Shown: positions 63,820 through 64,000 of the stretch, in pieces
Layout of the letters: every line of letters starts with the position of its first letter
Position numbering within the stretch: position 1 is the stretch's first letter
NCBI RefSeq assembly: GCF_018977255.1
Contig: NW_024704743.1
Location: forward strand, 107,448,001 to 107,512,000
Direction: 5' to 3'
DNA from: Callorhinchus milii
Lineage: Eukaryota
DNA length: 64,000 nt
Notes under the pieces: model-generated
What the model saw: the letters and a program-made list of their open reading frames with translations, nothing else
Told to the model about the DNA's origin: nothing
Database searches by the model: none
Made by a program: the position numbers and the translations under genes

Positions 63820-64000
63820 GCTGGTGTAGATTATTATGAAAACTTTACTACAGGGGGGAAAATATAAATACCTGTTGAAAAAAAAGTATATATTTAATGT
63901 TTAGACAATTACATACAAAACATTCTTGTTAAACTCTAGCTGGTGCAGATTATTACGGGACCTGTCTACTACAGCTGGAAAATATAAATAACTGTTCAAA
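63820..64000 (+). repeat. Imperfect ~61-bp direct repeat, period ~119 bp
   Basis: gctggtg(t/c)agattatta..tactacag..ggaaaatataaata(c/a)ctgtt(g/c)aaa at 63820-63880 and 63939-64000. Confidence 0.85.

Overview
AT-rich, CpG-depleted vertebrate genomic DNA. The repeats (young L2 and CR1 LINEs, Deu-domain SINEs, Penelope-type inverted repeats) point to a cartilaginous fish, possibly a chimaera; this is inference from repeat content only. Most of the window is intergenic or intronic and made of 5'-truncated, often nested LINE/SINE fragments, so nearly all ORFs in the track are TE-derived or spurious. I can support one host gene: a compact intronless unit (TATA 14569, ATG 14648, stop 14890, AATAAA 14905) encoding an 80-aa protein with 30 K/R residues. 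It aligns without gaps to my recollection of the dogfish spermatid-specific basic nuclear protein S2 and also carries S1-like motifs. Other notable structures: an uninterrupted ~1.5-kb L2 reverse transcriptase frame, an 86-bp inverted repeat with a hammerhead-ribozyme-like core, a near-perfect 29-bp hairpin, a ~150-bp local templated insertion, a mosaic SINE with two subfamilies, and unclassified repeat and MITE families. Repeat boundaries are read by eye and approximate. Family names come from recalled consensus sequences, not searches.
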